From Anaeromyxobacter sp. (GTDB lineage Bacteria; Myxococcota; Myxococcia; Myxococcales; Anaeromyxobacteraceae), in the NCBI GenBank assembly GCA_049840735.1, contig JASGJN010000013.1:352001-416000 (forward strand): 64,000 nt of DNA, given 5' to 3'. The position numbers and the translations under genes are program-made. How positions within the stretch are numbered: position 1 is the stretch's first letter; each line of letters begins with the position of its first letter. Shown in pieces: positions 1-10,331 of the stretch. The notes beneath the pieces were generated by a model. The model made no database searches. It saw only the letters and a program-made list of their open reading frames with translations, and was not told the origin of the DNA.

Positions 1-632
1 GCCAGCGCGGTCAGGAACACCGCCACGCCGGCGCCGATGGCGCGGCGGCGGAAGTCGTCGCGCAGCGCCCCCTCGGCCTCGACGGCCAGGTAGGTGGCGG
101 CCAGGTAGGCGAAGAGGGCGGCCGCGAAGAGCCCGACCGCCAGCGGGAACGGGGACACCCAGGCGAAGGGGGCGAGCCCGCCGTCCGGGCCCGGCCCGGC
201 GCGGCCCGAGGCGGTGGCCCCCACCACCACGCCCAGCACCACCGGCGCCACCACCGACGAGGCCGAGAAGACCAGGCCCCAGCGCGCCTGCACGTGGTCC
301 TCCGGGTGATCGTAGGCGCGGAAGGTGAAGGCGGCGCCGCGCAGCACGATCCCCACCAGCAGCAGCATGAGCGGCACGAACAGCCCGATGGAGAGGGCCG
401 CGAAGGCCGACGGGAAGCCGGTGAAGAGGACCACCACCACCAGGATCAGCCAGACGTGGTTGGTCTCCCAGATCGGCCCGATGGCCTCCTCGATGAGCGC
501 CCGCTGCTCCTTGCGGCGCGGGCCGCTGGCCAGGAGGTCCCAGATGCCGCCGCCGTAGTCGGCCCCGCCCATGAGCGCGTAGAGCACCAGCGCGCCGAGG
601 ATGACCGCGCCCGCCAGGTCGTGGAGGCTCAC
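1..632 (-). CDS. cydB: cytochrome bd ubiquinol oxidase subunit II (3' end outside window)
   Basis: Manual translation VSLHDLAGAVILGALVLYALMGGADYGGGIWDLL...IGPIWETNHVWLILVVVVLFTGFP; GTG start overlaps the cydA stop. Confidence 0.92.
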   Translation of the reverse strand, partial: MSLHDLAGAVILGALVLYALMGGADYGGGIWDLLASGPRRKEQRALIEEAIGPIWETNHVWLILVVVVLFTGFPSAFAALSIGLFVPLMLLLVGIVLRGAAFTFRAYDHPEDHVQARWGLVFSASSVVAPVVLGVVVGATASGRAGPGPDGGLAPFAWVSPFPLAVGLFAAALFAYLAATYLAVEAEGALRDDFRRRAIGAGVAVFLTAL

Positions 633-1963
633 CGGTGCACCCCCGCCGCGCCGTGCCCCGGCGCGTCCTCCGCCGCGGCCGGCGGCCGCGCGATCTGCCG
701 CCAGAGCAGCGTCACCACCATCACCGCCAGGAACACGTAGAGCAGCGTGAAGGCCACGAACGGCGCCGCCAGGTGGGTGACCGGCGTGACCGCGTCGGCG
801 GTCCGCATCACCCCCCAGATCGTGAAGGGCTGGCGCCCCCACTCCGTCACCAGCCAGCCTGCCTCCAGCGCCAGGAAGCCGGCCGGTCCGGTCAGGACCA
901 GGGCCCGGAGCAGCCGCGGCCCGGGCTCGCGCTTGCGCCAGACCGTGAAGCCCCAGGCCAGCGCCACCAGCGCCAGGAGCGACCCCAGCCCGACCATGAC
1001 CTGGAAGGCGAGGTGGACCAGCCTGGTGTTGGGCCAGACGTCGCGCGGGAAGGCGTCCAGCCCGCGCACCTCGGCGTGCGGGTCGTGGAAGGCCAGCAGC
1101 GACAGGCCGTACGGGATCTCCAGCGCCCAGCGCGTCTCGCCGGCCTCCGGGTCGGGCAGCCCGCCGATGCGCAGCGGCGCGCCGCGCTCGGTGCGGAAGT
1201 GCCCCTCCAGCGCGGCCAGCTTCACCGGCTGGGTCACGGCGATCTCCCGGGCCGAGAAGTCGCCGGAGATCGGCTGCAGCAGCGCCGCCACCGCGCCCAC
1301 GCCCATGGCGATGCGCAGGGCGGCCCGGTGGAAGGCGCTGGCCGGGTCGCGCAGCAGGAACCAGGCGTGGATGCCCGCCACCGCCACGCCGGTGGCCACG
1401 TAGCAGGAGAGGAGCACGTGCACCACCTCGTGCGCCCAGCCGGGAGGGAACATGGCGGTGAGCGGCTGGATGTCGGCCGGGCCGCCGGGGGCCAGCGCGA
1501 AGCCGGCCGGCGCGTTCATCCAGGCGTTGGCCAGCGTGACGAAGAAGGCCGAGAGGGCGCCGCTGACCGCCACCAGCACCCCGGCCAGCAGGTGCAGGCG
1601 GGGCGAGACCCGCCCCCAGCCGTACAGGTAGATGCCGAGGAAGATGGCCTCGGCGAAGAAGGCGAACCCCTCCAGCGAGAAGGGCATGCCGATGATGGGA
1701 CCGGCGAACGCCATGAAGCGCGGCCAGAGCAGCCCCAGCTCGAAGGAGATGACGGTGCCGGAGACGGCCCCCACCGCGAACAGGATGGCGGTGCCCTTGG
1801 CCCAGCGCCGGGCCAGGTCCAGGTGGACCGGGTCGCCGGTGCGCTGGTGGCGCCACTCGGCCAGGACCATGAAGAGCGGCATGGCCACGCCGACGGCGGC
1901 GAAGACGATGTGGAACGCGAGGGAGAGGCCGAAGAGGGCGCGAGCGGCGAGCAGGTCGGACAC
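629..1963 (-). CDS. cydA: cytochrome bd ubiquinol oxidase subunit I
   Basis: FHIVF, FELGLLWP, EGFAFFAEAIF, QPVKLAALEG, GWLVTEWGRQPF motifs; probable GTG start at 1963. Confidence 0.95.
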   Translation of the reverse strand: MSDLLAARALFGLSLAFHIVFAAVGVAMPLFMVLAEWRHQRTGDPVHLDLARRWAKGTAILFAVGAVSGTVISFELGLLWPRFMAFAGPIIGMPFSLEGFAFFAEAIFLGIYLYGWGRVSPRLHLLAGVLVAVSGALSAFFVTLANAWMNAPAGFALAPGGPADIQPLTAMFPPGWAHEVVHVLLSCYVATGVAVAGIHAWFLLRDPASAFHRAALRIAMGVGAVAALLQPISGDFSAREIAVTQPVKLAALEGHFRTERGAPLRIGGLPDPEAGETRWALEIPYGLSLLAFHDPHAEVRGLDAFPRDVWPNTRLVHLAFQVMVGLGSLLALVALAWGFTVWRKREPGPRLLRALVLTGPAGFLALEAGWLVTEWGRQPFTIWGVMRTADAVTPVTHLAAPFVAFTLLYVFLAVMVVTLLWRQIARPPAAAEDAPGHGAAGVHR

Positions 1964-2168
1964 GCCGTCCCATGCCACGGACCGGGCCGGCGCGCGCGCC
2001 CTTGTCGGGCCCCGCGGCGACGTGACCCCTGCGCGCCCCAGGCGCCCCACCGCCCGCCCGGCGCACGGGGGCAGGCGGGCTCGCCCCTGGCCCTGGGATC
2101 CGGCCCCGCACCGGCGGCGGCCCGTTCGCAGATTCAGGGCTCACTCCGGACAAGGTGGGGAGGAAGAG

Positions 2169-2468
2169 ATGAATCGCGAGGATCGTGCGACCGAGACGGT
2201 GGAGCGCCAGACCAGCCGGATCCCGTCGCTGGCGTTCATGGGCTTCGCGGTGGCGGCCATGGCGGCGTCGGCCGCGCTGGTGCTCACCGGGCGCAAGCAG
2301 CTGGGCAACTTCGTCGGCCAGTGGGCCCCCAGCATCCTGATCATGGGGCTGTACAACAAGGTGGCGAAGGAGATCGCGGTGCCGCGCCGCGAGGGGCTGG
2401 GCTACACGCCGGGCATGGGCGCGAGCGGCGGGTACGCCGCCGGCGCAGGCGCCTCGGCGGGCGTGTAG
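2169..2468 (+). CDS. small membrane-associated hypothetical protein (99 aa)
   Basis: GGGAGG RBS; MNREDRATETVERQTSRIPS...NFVGQWAPSILIMGLYNK; one hydrophobic helix. Confidence 0.75.
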   Translation: MNREDRATETVERQTSRIPSLAFMGFAVAAMAASAALVLTGRKQLGNFVGQWAPSILIMGLYNKVAKEIAVPRREGLGYTPGMGASGGYAAGAGASAGV

Positions 2469-2490
2469 CGGGTCGGGCCGGGCGTCCGCT

Positions 2491-2562
2491 CCGTTCGCCC
2501 TGGGCCTCCTGGGCGTAGCGGGCCCGCAGGGCTCGCGGAGTCGAAGGACGAAGGGCGAACGG
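2491..2562. repeat. REP-like palindromic element (nested copy)
   Basis: 11-bp terminal inverted repeat CCGTTCGCCCT/AGGGCGAACGG; core shared with 55578-55626; lies between convergent genes. Confidence 0.75.
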
Positions 2563-2576
2563 GGTCCCGCCCGGCC

Positions 2577-3362
2577 TCACCGGCCGGTGGCCCGGCGCAC
2601 CGCCGCGCGGGCTGCCGCGGGGTCATTCGCGATCACCGCCCCCGCCTTCAAGGCGCAGAGCCGCTCCAGCTCCGGGCCGTCGTCCACGGTCCAGACGTTC
2701 ATGGCCAGCCCGCGGGCGCGCCAGGCCTGGGCCCGCGCCGGCGTGACCAGGCGGCGGTCCGGGTGGACGGCGGCCGGCCGGAGCCAGCGCAGCCCCAGCG
2801 CCACGCGCAGCCGCCAAGAGCGGCTGTCGTCGAAGAGCAGCCCCAGCGGCAGCTCCGGCGCGGCCGCCCGGAAGGCCGCCAGGAGCCGGAAGTCGAAGGA
2901 GGAGACGATCACCCGCTCCCCGGCCCGCGCGTCGCGGATCACCGCCGCGGCCGCCGATGCCAGGCCGGGGTCGCGCCCGCGCGACTTGAGCTCCACGTTC
3001 ACCACCGCGCCCGGGAGCGCCTCCAGCACCTCGGCCAGCAGCGGGATCCGCTCGCCGCGCCAGGCGGCGCCCTTCCAGGCGCCCACGTCCAGCGTGCGCA
3101 GCGCCGCGAGCGGCGAGCCCGGCACCGACATCGGCGCGCCGGCGGTGCGCCGCGCGTCCTCGTCGTGGATCACCACCACCTCGCCGGTGGCGCAGCGCCA
3201 GACGTCCAGCTCGACCCCGTCCGCCCCCTGCGCCAGCGCCAGCCGGAACGCGGCCAGCGTGTTCTCCGGCGCCTCGCCGCTGGCCCCGCGGTGCCCCAGC
3301 ACCAGCGGCCGGCCGGCCGCGGCCGGCGCCGGGAGGGTCTCGTCGCTGCTGGAGCGGGCCAT
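2577..3362 (-). CDS. glycerophosphodiester phosphodiesterase
   Basis: GHRGASGEAPENTLAAF, GVELDV, VVIHD, NVELK, WTVD motifs. Confidence 0.92.
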   Translation of the reverse strand: MARSSSDETLPAPAAAGRPLVLGHRGASGEAPENTLAAFRLALAQGADGVELDVWRCATGEVVVIHDEDARRTAGAPMSVPGSPLAALRTLDVGAWKGAAWRGERIPLLAEVLEALPGAVVNVELKSRGRDPGLASAAAAVIRDARAGERVIVSSFDFRLLAAFRAAAPELPLGLLFDDSRSWRLRVALGLRWLRPAAVHPDRRLVTPARAQAWRARGLAMNVWTVDDGPELERLCALKAGAVIANDPAAARAAVRRATGR

Positions 3363-3402
3363 GGCGGCGGGCCTCACGGGCTTGTGCCTCCGGCTCCGGG
3401 CC

Positions 3403-3549
3403 TCAGGGGAGCGGCTTGCCGTCCTGGTCCTGCGGGGGCGCCGCGGCGTCGCGCCTGAAGCGCCGGCCGAGGGCGTCGCCCAGCGCCGGGATGTTGAAGG
3501 CCCCGAAGACGAAGAGCACGACGAGCACGGTGATGGCGATCTCGGCCAT
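3403..3549 (-). CDS. TatA/E-like small membrane protein (48 aa, not in ORF track)
   Basis: MAEIAITVLVVLFVFGAFNIPALGDALGRRFRR...: E-TM-FG hinge-P..G..LG amphipathic helix pattern. Confidence 0.6.
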   Translation of the reverse strand: MAEIAITVLVVLFVFGAFNIPALGDALGRRFRRDAAAPPQDQDGKPLP

Positions 3550-3651
3550 TGCGGGCGATGACTCCAGGTTGCGAGCGGCCGTAGGATAGCGGGCAGCCCG
3601 GCGCTGCGCCAGCGTCGCGGCGGGCGGTCCAGGCCTGGCCAGGCCCTCCCC

Positions 3652-4401
3652 TCAGCCGCTCCGCTCCGCCGCTAGCCGCGCCGCCAGCGCCCGCACCAGC
3701 GGGTGCACGGTGCCGTCGGCGGCCACGTCGGCCAGATCGGCCGCGCCCGCGAAGGGCAGGAGCTTCAACGCCACCTCCGGCTCGACGTAGGGGTTGCGCG
3801 CCACCGCCAGCGCCACCGCCGGCCGGGTCCGCCAGCGCCGCGACTCGGCCACCAGCCGCAGCGTCTCGGGGCGGCAGGGGCGGCGGGCGGCGATCCGGAT
3901 CACGAAGGGCTCGGTCAGCTGCGGGTTGCGCAGGAGCTCGCGCACCACCTCCGGCGTCCCCTCCGCCGCCAGGCGGGCCAGCAGGTCCGGGTCGCGGTGG
4001 GCCCGGGCCAGGGCCTTCTTGTGGCCGAGCGTGAGGCTGGACAGCCGCGGATCGGCGCGGTCGCGCGGCGCCTGGTAGGCCTTGTGCGGGCGCGGCGCCA
4101 CCAGCAGGCTCGACACCTGGGTCAGCCCCCGCTCCACCGCGACCGCGTAGAGCTCGGCGCGCACGTCGTAGGGGAGCCCCTCCGGATCGAGCAGCGCCTG
4201 CCCGACCGCCGCCAGCGCCGCCCGCGCCTCCGCGTCGCCCCAGCCGGAGAGCTCCGCCAGCGTCTCGGCCGCGGCCACCGGGTCGGCGGCGGCGATGGCG
4301 CGCCCGGCGGCGCGGGCGCGGATGGGCCCCTCCTCGTAGTGCAGGAGACCGCGTGCGAACGCGCGCGCCGCGGCGGCGGTCACGGCGCGCTCGGGGTTCA
4401 C
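3652..4401 (-). CDS. conserved hypothetical alpha-helical repeat protein
   Basis: Coding-like codon bias; repeated LLRNP / VARNP helical motifs; start overlaps upstream stop. Confidence 0.75.
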   Translation of the reverse strand: MNPERAVTAAAARAFARGLLHYEEGPIRARAAGRAIAAADPVAAAETLAELSGWGDAEARAALAAVGQALLDPEGLPYDVRAELYAVAVERGLTQVSSLLVAPRPHKAYQAPRDRADPRLSSLTLGHKKALARAHRDPDLLARLAAEGTPEVVRELLRNPQLTEPFVIRIAARRPCRPETLRLVAESRRWRTRPAVALAVARNPYVEPEVALKLLPFAGAADLADVAADGTVHPLVRALAARLAAERSG

Positions 4402-6311
4402 GGTCCGGCGCCTCCGGCCGCCGGCGTCACCTCCACGCGCACCGAGGCGCCGGTCAGGTCGCGCGGGGCGTCGGGCACCGGCACCAGGAACGGGAGCCAG
4501 GGCCCTGCCGCCGGCGGGCGGGCCTGCAGCGCGCCCGCCAGCTGGTCCAGCGCGGCGCGATCCACCGCCGCGTACAGCTCCTCCGGCGAGGGCACCACTC
4601 CCGCCAGCCCGTCGGCGGCGGCGAGCACGCGCCCGTCCCGCACCAGCTCGACGTGGACCCGCAGCGGCCCCGCGGGCGTGCCGGGGCGGGGCTGGAGGTC
4701 GCCGCGGACGTAGAGCAGCCCGCCGCCGCCGGCCTGCGGGTAGACCGCCGCGGCCACGTCACGCAGCGTGAACGGCTCGACCGGCGGGCGCCCCCGCAGC
4801 GCCGCCACCAGGGCCGAGGGGCGGAAGGCGTCGGCCAGGGCCACCTCGCCGCGCCACACCAGCCGGAAGGCCAGCGCCAGGACCAGCAGCGCCACCAGCG
4901 AGAGCGCGTTCACCGCCGCGCCGCGCACGCCGCGCAGCGGCCCGCGCTCCGGCTGCAGCGCGGCGCTGCCGGTGACCACCGGGGCAGGGGTGGGGCGCGC
5001 CTGCGGCTTCTTGCGCGGCGCCGGCTCGGGCGCCGGCGCGGGGGCCACCGGGGTGGCGAGCGAGGGCGTGGCCTCGCTGGCCAGCGAGAGCGTGCCGTCG
5101 GAGGGGGGCGCGGGGATGGCCGGCTGGAACGCCGCCTCGAAGGCCAGGGACTCCGGCGTGGCCGGGGTGGGCAGCGGGGCCCCCTCCGCCGGCGACCGCT
5201 GCGGGCGCGAGCCGCTCCGGTCCTCGATGTCCAGGTCGGCGCCCGGGCCCGACGAGGCCGGGCCGGCGGCGCCGTCGAACGGCTCGGAGCCGGCGTCGAA
5301 CGGGTCCGGACCAACCAGGAAGGGATCCGCCCCGGCCGCGAACGGGTCAGGCTCGGCGGCCGCCGCGGCAGGCGCCGGGGCGGAGGGGACCGGCGTGCCG
5401 AAGGGGTCCACGGCGGCGGCGGCCGGCGCCGGCCCGGAGGCGAACGGGTCCTCGGCGGCGGGCTCCGGCGCGGTCGCGGCGGGCCGGGCGGTGAACGGGT
5501 CCGGCGCCGCGGCGGGCCCGGGGGGCGGGGCCGCAGCGGGGCGCTGCGGCGCGGCGGGCGGCAGGGCGCCGAAGGGATCGAGCGGGAGCGGCGGAGGCGC
5601 GGCCGCCGGCGCCGGCGCCGGGCGCGCTGCGAACGGGTCCGGCGTGGGGGCCGGCCGCGGCAGCGGCGGGGGGGTGGCGACCGCGGGCGGCGGCGCCGCC
5701 TGGCGAGGAGGCGGCTGCGGCGCAGGGGGGCGCGGCGCAGCCGGGCGCGAGGGCGCGGCGGCGAAGGGATCCGGCGGCGGGGCGGCCGGGCGGGGCGCGG
5801 GCGGGGCGGCGGCGAACGGGTCCTGTGCCTGCGCCGCAGGGCGCGGCGGCGCGGCCGGCGGCGCTGCGGGCGGGGAGAAGGGGTCCGGCGCGGCGGGCCG
5901 CGGAGCGGGATCGCCCAGCAGCGCCGAGAGGTCCGTCAGCGGCAGGGCCGAGGTGGCGCTCCGGTGCGGGCTCGTGGCCGCCGGCGGCTCGACCAGCGCA
6001 GTGGGCGGGCGCGGCTGGGCAGGCATGGGGGTGGCCACGAAGGGCGCGCCCCAGGCCGCCTGGCCGAAGGGATCGTCGGCCCGCGGGGCCGGGGTGGCCG
6101 GCGGGCCGGCGAAGGGGTCGGGCCCTGGCTCGCCGGCCGGCGCGAAGGGGTCCGGCGCCCCGGCCGGCGAGGGCTCGGAGATGGTGCCGATGTCCCGGTG
6201 GACCAGGAACACCTGCTGGCAGCGCGAACAGCGGACCTTGGCGCCGCGCGGGCCTACCCGCTCGTCCGCCACGCGGAACTTCGCCTCGCATCGCGTGCAG
6301 ATGACGATCAT
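4398..6311 (-). CDS. zinc-ribbon (MJ0042-type) protein with Pro-rich DPF-repeat linker, TM helix and C-terminal domain
   Basis: [14 protein letters not shown]...[11 protein letters not shown]; Pro/Ala linker; [16 protein letters not shown]. Confidence 0.85.
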   Translation of the reverse strand: MIVICTRCEAKFRVADERVGPRGAKVRCSRCQQVFLVHRDIGTISEPSPAGAPDPFAPAGEPGPDPFAGPPATPAPRADDPFGQAAWGAPFVATPMPAQPRPPTALVEPPAATSPHRSATSALPLTDLSALLGDPAPRPAAPDPFSPPAAPPAAPPRPAAQAQDPFAAAPPAPRPAAPPPDPFAAAPSRPAAPRPPAPQPPPRQAAPPPAVATPPPLPRPAPTPDPFAARPAPAPAAAPPPLPLDPFGALPPAAPQRPAAAPPPGPAAAPDPFTARPAATAPEPAAEDPFASGPAPAAAAVDPFGTPVPSAPAPAAAAAEPDPFAAGADPFLVGPDPFDAGSEPFDGAAGPASSGPGADLDIEDRSGSRPQRSPAEGAPLPTPATPESLAFEAAFQPAIPAPPSDGTLSLASEATPSLATPVAPAPAPEPAPRKKPQARPTPAPVVTGSAALQPERGPLRGVRGAAVNALSLVALLVLALAFRLVWRGEVALADAFRPSALVAALRGRPPVEPFTLRDVAAAVYPQAGGGGLLYVRGDLQPRPGTPAGPLRVHVELVRDGRVLAAADGLAGVVPSPEELYAAVDRAALDQLAGALQARPPAAGPWLPFLVPVPDAPRDLTGASVRVEVTPAAGGAGP

Positions 6312-6350
6312 ATGGCCCCGCCCGGGATGGAACATTACACCGACCTGTGC

Positions 6351-6391
6351 TTGACACCAAGCAGCGCGGACAGAACAATCCCGCAATTGCG
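6351..6391 (+). promoter_or_regulatory. putative sigma70 promoter and palindromic operator for the PhaR-like gene
   Basis: TTGACA-17bp-AACAAT followed by perfect palindrome CGCAATTGCG (6382-6391). Confidence 0.5.
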
Positions 6392-6419
6392 CACACTTAC
6401 CGCGGCGCATCGAGGGCTC

Positions 6420-7046
6420 ATGAGCGACCAGCCGATTGAGGAAGTGTCCGAGACCACCACCGCCCCCGCCACCGAGCCGGGGCGCGAGCCCAAGGTGATC
6501 AAGCGCTACACCAACCGTAAACTCTACGACACCGAGGAGTCGCGCTACGTCACGCTCGACGAGATTGCCCAGATGATCAAGGGCGGCGCCGAGGTGAAGG
6601 TGCTCGACAACCGCACCAAGGAGGACCTCACCTCGGTGACGCTGGCCCAGATCATCTTCGAGGAGGAGAAGAAGACCTCCAAGATGAGCCTGGAGACCCT
6701 GCGCGACCTGATCCGCCACGGCGGGGAGATGGCCCAGCGGCTGGTCGAGGGGACCCAGGCCGAGCTGCGCGGGCGCGTCGAGGCGGTCCGCGCCGCCGCC
6801 GAGCAGCGCGTCCAGACGCTGCTCACGCGCGGGCAGGAGAGCCGCGAGCGGGCGCTGGAGCTGGTGCAGAGCTCGCAGGAGGCCGTCGCCGCGCTGCAGC
6901 GCCGGGTGGACGAGCGGGTCCGCTCGGCGGTGGACGGCATGTCCAACCTCTCCGACGTGCGCCGCCAGCTGGACGAGATCGCCCAGCGCATCCAGTCGCT
7001 CGAGCAACGGCTGGACGAGGTCGCGCGGCAGGAGAAGAAGGAGTAG
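6420..7046 (+). CDS. PHA synthesis regulator (PhaR-like DNA-binding domain) with coiled-coil tail
   Basis: [21 protein letters not shown]...[12 protein letters not shown] is the PhaR N-terminal signature. Confidence 0.85.
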   Translation: MSDQPIEEVSETTTAPATEPGREPKVIKRYTNRKLYDTEESRYVTLDEIAQMIKGGAEVKVLDNRTKEDLTSVTLAQIIFEEEKKTSKMSLETLRDLIRHGGEMAQRLVEGTQAELRGRVEAVRAAAEQRVQTLLTRGQESRERALELVQSSQEAVAALQRRVDERVRSAVDGMSNLSDVRRQLDEIAQRIQSLEQRLDEVARQEKKE

Positions 7047-7048
7047 CC

Positions 7049-7853
7049 CTACCCGGCGGCCCGGGTCCGGGCCTCTCGCGCCAGCAGCTCGTCGGCGATG
7101 GCGGCCAGCGCCGCCGCGCCGGACGAGCGCGGCGCGTACTCGAAGATGGTCTGCCCGTGGCTCTGGGCCTCGTCGACCTTCACCGACCAGCCCAGCACCG
7201 TGCGGCAGAGCTGCTCCGGGAAGCGCTCGCGCAGCTTGGCCAGGATCTCCTCGGCCAGCTGCGTGTTGCGGTGGAGCGTGGCCACCACCATGGTCAGCGC
7301 CGGGGCCCGGCCGTGGCTCGCCTGCAGCGCCTCCAGGCTCTGCATGATCTCGGCGCAGCCGTCCAGCGCCAGGTAGGTGAGCGCCACCGGGATTACCAGC
7401 TCGCGGGCCCCGCGCAGCACGTTCTCGGTGACCAGCGACTGCGACGGCGGCGAGTCGATCAGCACCGCGTCGTAGGCCGCCGCGCCGGCCCGGCGCCGCT
7501 CCTCGACCAGCGCGTCGCAGCCGGCGGTCGAGCCGATTGGCCCGATCGAAGGCCGGGGCGACCGCCACCGGGAAGCCGGCCAGGTCCTTGTTGGCGGGGA
7601 GCAGGTCCAGCCCGGGCACCGGCGTGGGCCGGACCACCGCCTCGGCCGGGAGCGCCGGGGCGAGCAGCCAGTCGTGGACCGTGGGCGAGAGGCCGCGCAC
7701 GTCGACGCCCAGCGACTTGCCGGCGTGCCCCTGCGTGTCCATGTCCACCACCAGCACGCGCCGCCCGCGCGCCGCCAGGCGCGCCGCCACGTTCACGCAG
7801 AGCGTGGTCTTGCAGGTGCCGCCCTTCTCGTTGATGAAGGCGATCCGGCGCAT
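7049..7853 (-). CDS. ParA/Soj family ATPase (one frameshift near 7517)
   Basis: INEKGGTCKTT deviant Walker A, VDMDTQG, LIDSPPS, EAQSHGQTIFEYAPRS split across two frames. Confidence 0.88.
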
Positions 7854-7868
7854 GTCCGCGCCCCGGGC

Positions 7869-8198
7869 TCAGCGCTGGCCGCGGCCTGGATCGCCCGGCT
7901 CGCCCTGGCCGGGCGGCACGCGCGAGGACAGGCCGTCGATCATCGACTCCAGCTCCTCCAGCTTGCGCCGGAGCGCGTCCATGTCGTCGCGCGAGGGGAG
8001 GTTGGCGGCGTGGAGCGCCTGCTGCACCCCGCGATCCAGCGTCTCCCTGGCCTGCACGGCCGACGAGACCAGGGTCTGGATCCCGGAGGTGACGCGCTCG
8101 CTGGCCAGGAGCTTCCCGACCACCTTCCCCACCCCCTGCTCGCCGGCCTCCAGGGCCTTCCGGAGCATCGGGTTACGCAGCACGTCGTCGAGGCGCAT
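7869..8198 (-). CDS. small coiled-coil, phasin-like protein
   Basis: ALHAANLPSRDDMDALRRKLEELE resembles the PhaF/PhaI-type LP(S/T)xxD coiled-coil segment; GGAGG RBS. Confidence 0.65.
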   Translation of the reverse strand: MRLDDVLRNPMLRKALEAGEQGVGKVVGKLLASERVTSGIQTLVSSAVQARETLDRGVQQALHAANLPSRDDMDALRRKLEELESMIDGLSSRVPPGQGEPGDPGRGQR

Positions 8199-8242
8199 GA
8201 TGGTGGACTTGTCCCCCTCCCCTCGCTAGCTTGTCAAGCCTC

Positions 8243-9199
8243 GTGGCCCCCTCGCCCCTTCTCGACCGGCGGCTCGTGTTCGTGACCGGGAAGGGCGGCG
8301 TGGGGAAGTCCACCGTGACCGCCGCCCTGGCGCTGCTGGCGGCCCGCGCCGGCAAGCGGGTGCTGGTGTGCGAGGCCAACGCCCCCCAGGAGCGGATCGC
8401 CCCGCTGCTGGGCGCGCCGCCGGCCGGCCCGGCCATCCGCGAGGCCCGCCCCGGCCTGTTCACGCTCAACGTCGGGCCGCGCGAGGCCATGCGCGAGTAC
8501 GGGCTGCTGGTCCTCCGCTTCAAGGCGGTCTACGACGCCGTCTTCGAGAACCGGCTCATGCGCTACTTCCTGCGCGTGATCCCGGCGCTGGCCGAGCTGG
8601 TCACGCTGGGGAAGATCCTGCACGAGGTGCGGAGCGTCGGCCCCGAGGGCCGCCCGCGGTGGGACCTGGTGCTGGTGGACGCGCCCGCCACCGGCCACGC
8701 GGTGCAGCTGCTGCGCGTCCCCTCGGCGCTGCTCGACACCGTGCCGGCCGGCCCGCTCCGCCACGACGCCGAGTGGATGCAGCGGCTGCTGGTGGACCCG
8801 GTCACCACCGCCCTGGCGCTGGTGACCCTGCCCGAGGAGCTGCCGGTCAACGAGGTGATCGAGCTGGACGCGCAGGTGCGCGGGGTGCTGGGCATGGCGC
8901 GCGCCGCGCTGATCGTCAACGCCGTGCCGCCGGTCCGCTTCGCGCCGGACGAGGCGGCGCGCCTGCCGGCGCTGGCCGGGGCGCCGCCGCCGCTGGGGCC
9001 GGCGGCCCGCGCCGCGGCGCTGCAGGCCGCGCGGGCCGCGGCGGCCCACCATCATCTGGCCCGCGCCCGCGCCGCCATCGACCTGCCGGCGCTGGAGCTG
9101 CCGCTCCTGCCGGCGGCGGCCTGGGGGCCGGCCGAGGTGGAGGCGGTGGCGGCCGCCCTGCAGGCCGCGGGCGCCGCGCGCGCCGGAGGTGCGCGGTGA
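8243..9199 (+). CDS. ArsA/Get3-family ATPase, subunit 1
   Basis: VTGKGGVGKST, VDAPATGH, VTLPEELPVNE. Confidence 0.88.
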   Translation: MAPSPLLDRRLVFVTGKGGVGKSTVTAALALLAARAGKRVLVCEANAPQERIAPLLGAPPAGPAIREARPGLFTLNVGPREAMREYGLLVLRFKAVYDAVFENRLMRYFLRVIPALAELVTLGKILHEVRSVGPEGRPRWDLVLVDAPATGHAVQLLRVPSALLDTVPAGPLRHDAEWMQRLLVDPVTTALALVTLPEELPVNEVIELDAQVRGVLGMARAALIVNAVPPVRFAPDEAARLPALAGAPPPLGPAARAAALQAARAAAAHHHLARARAAIDLPALELPLLPAAAWGPAEVEAVAAALQAAGAARAGGAR

Positions 9200-10318
9200 G
9201 CCCCGGCGGCGTGCGGGCGCGGCTGGCCGGGCGGCGCATCGCCGTCTGCGTGGGCCCGGGCGGCGTGGGCAAGACCACCGTCTCGGCGGCGCTGGCGCTG
9301 GCGCGGGCCCAGGAGGGCGGGCGCGCGCTGGTCTGCACCATCGATCCGGCCCGGCGGCTCGCCAACGCGCTGGGGCTGGCGGCGCTGGGCAACGTCGAGA
9401 CCCGGGTGCCGCCGCAGAAGCTGGCCGAGGCCGGACTGGAGCCGCGGGGCGAGCTGTGGGCCATGATGCTGGACGTGAAGCGGACCTGGGACGACCTGGT
9501 GACCCGCCACGCGCCCGACCCGGCCCGGCGCGACCGGATCCTGGGCAACCGGCTCTACCAGCAGATGTCGTCGGCGCTGGCCGGCTCGCAGGAGTACATG
9601 GCGATGGAGAAGCTGTACGAGCTGGCGGTGGATTGCGACTACGATTCTCATCGTCCTCGACACGCCCCCCACCGCCCACGCGCTCGACTTCCTCGACGCC
9701 CCGGACCGCATGCTCGACTTCCTGGGCAACGAGACCGCGCGGGCGCTGCTGGCGCCGGCGCTGGGGGCCGGCCGCTTCGGGCTGCGGCTGGCGCAGCTGG
9801 GCGGCAGCTACCTGGCGCGCGGCCTGGCCCGCTTCACCGGGCAGCAGGCCCTCTCCGACCTGGGCGACTTCCTCCAGGGCTTCCAGGGCATGTACGACGG
9901 GTTCAAGGCGCGCGCGGCCGCGGTGCGCGCGCTCCTCTCCCGGCCCGAGGTCGGCTTCGTGCTGGTCAGCTCGCCCAGCCCGCTCTCGGTGGAGGAGTGC
10001 CTGACCTTCCACCGGGCGCTGCAGGAGAAGCGGATGCCGGTGGCGGGCGTGGTGGTCAACCGGCTCACCCCGGCGCTGTGGGCCGGCGGCGCGCTGCCCG
10101 GCGCCGCCGCCCTGGCCGCGGCCCTCCCGCCCGACGCGGCGGGGCTGGCGCCGCGGCTGGCCGCGGCGCTGGCCGAGCACCAGGCGCTGGCCGCCGCCGA
10201 GCGGGAGGCGCTCGCCCCCCTGCTCGCCGCGGTCCCGGCGGCGCAGGCGCTGGTCCCCCGCCTGGAGTCCGACGTCCACGACCTCGCGGGCCTCGCCAGC
10301 CTGGCCCGTGGGCTCTAG
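9196..10318 (+). CDS. ArsA/Get3-family ATPase, subunit 2 (frameshift near 9646)
   Basis: VGPGGVGKTT, TIDPARRLANALG, GSQEYMAMEKL, then LIVLDTPPTAHALDFLDAP in the next frame. Confidence 0.88.
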
Positions 10319-10331
10319 GATGGCCAGCGGC

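Noticed and set aside
4398..7853. Apparent 1151-aa ParA-zinc-ribbon fusion
   Set aside because: Created by the parA frameshift reading through the antisense strand of the PhaR-like gene
8243..10318. Arsenic-resistance operon
   Set aside because: No arsR/B/C/D nearby and no obvious metalloid-binding Cys cluster
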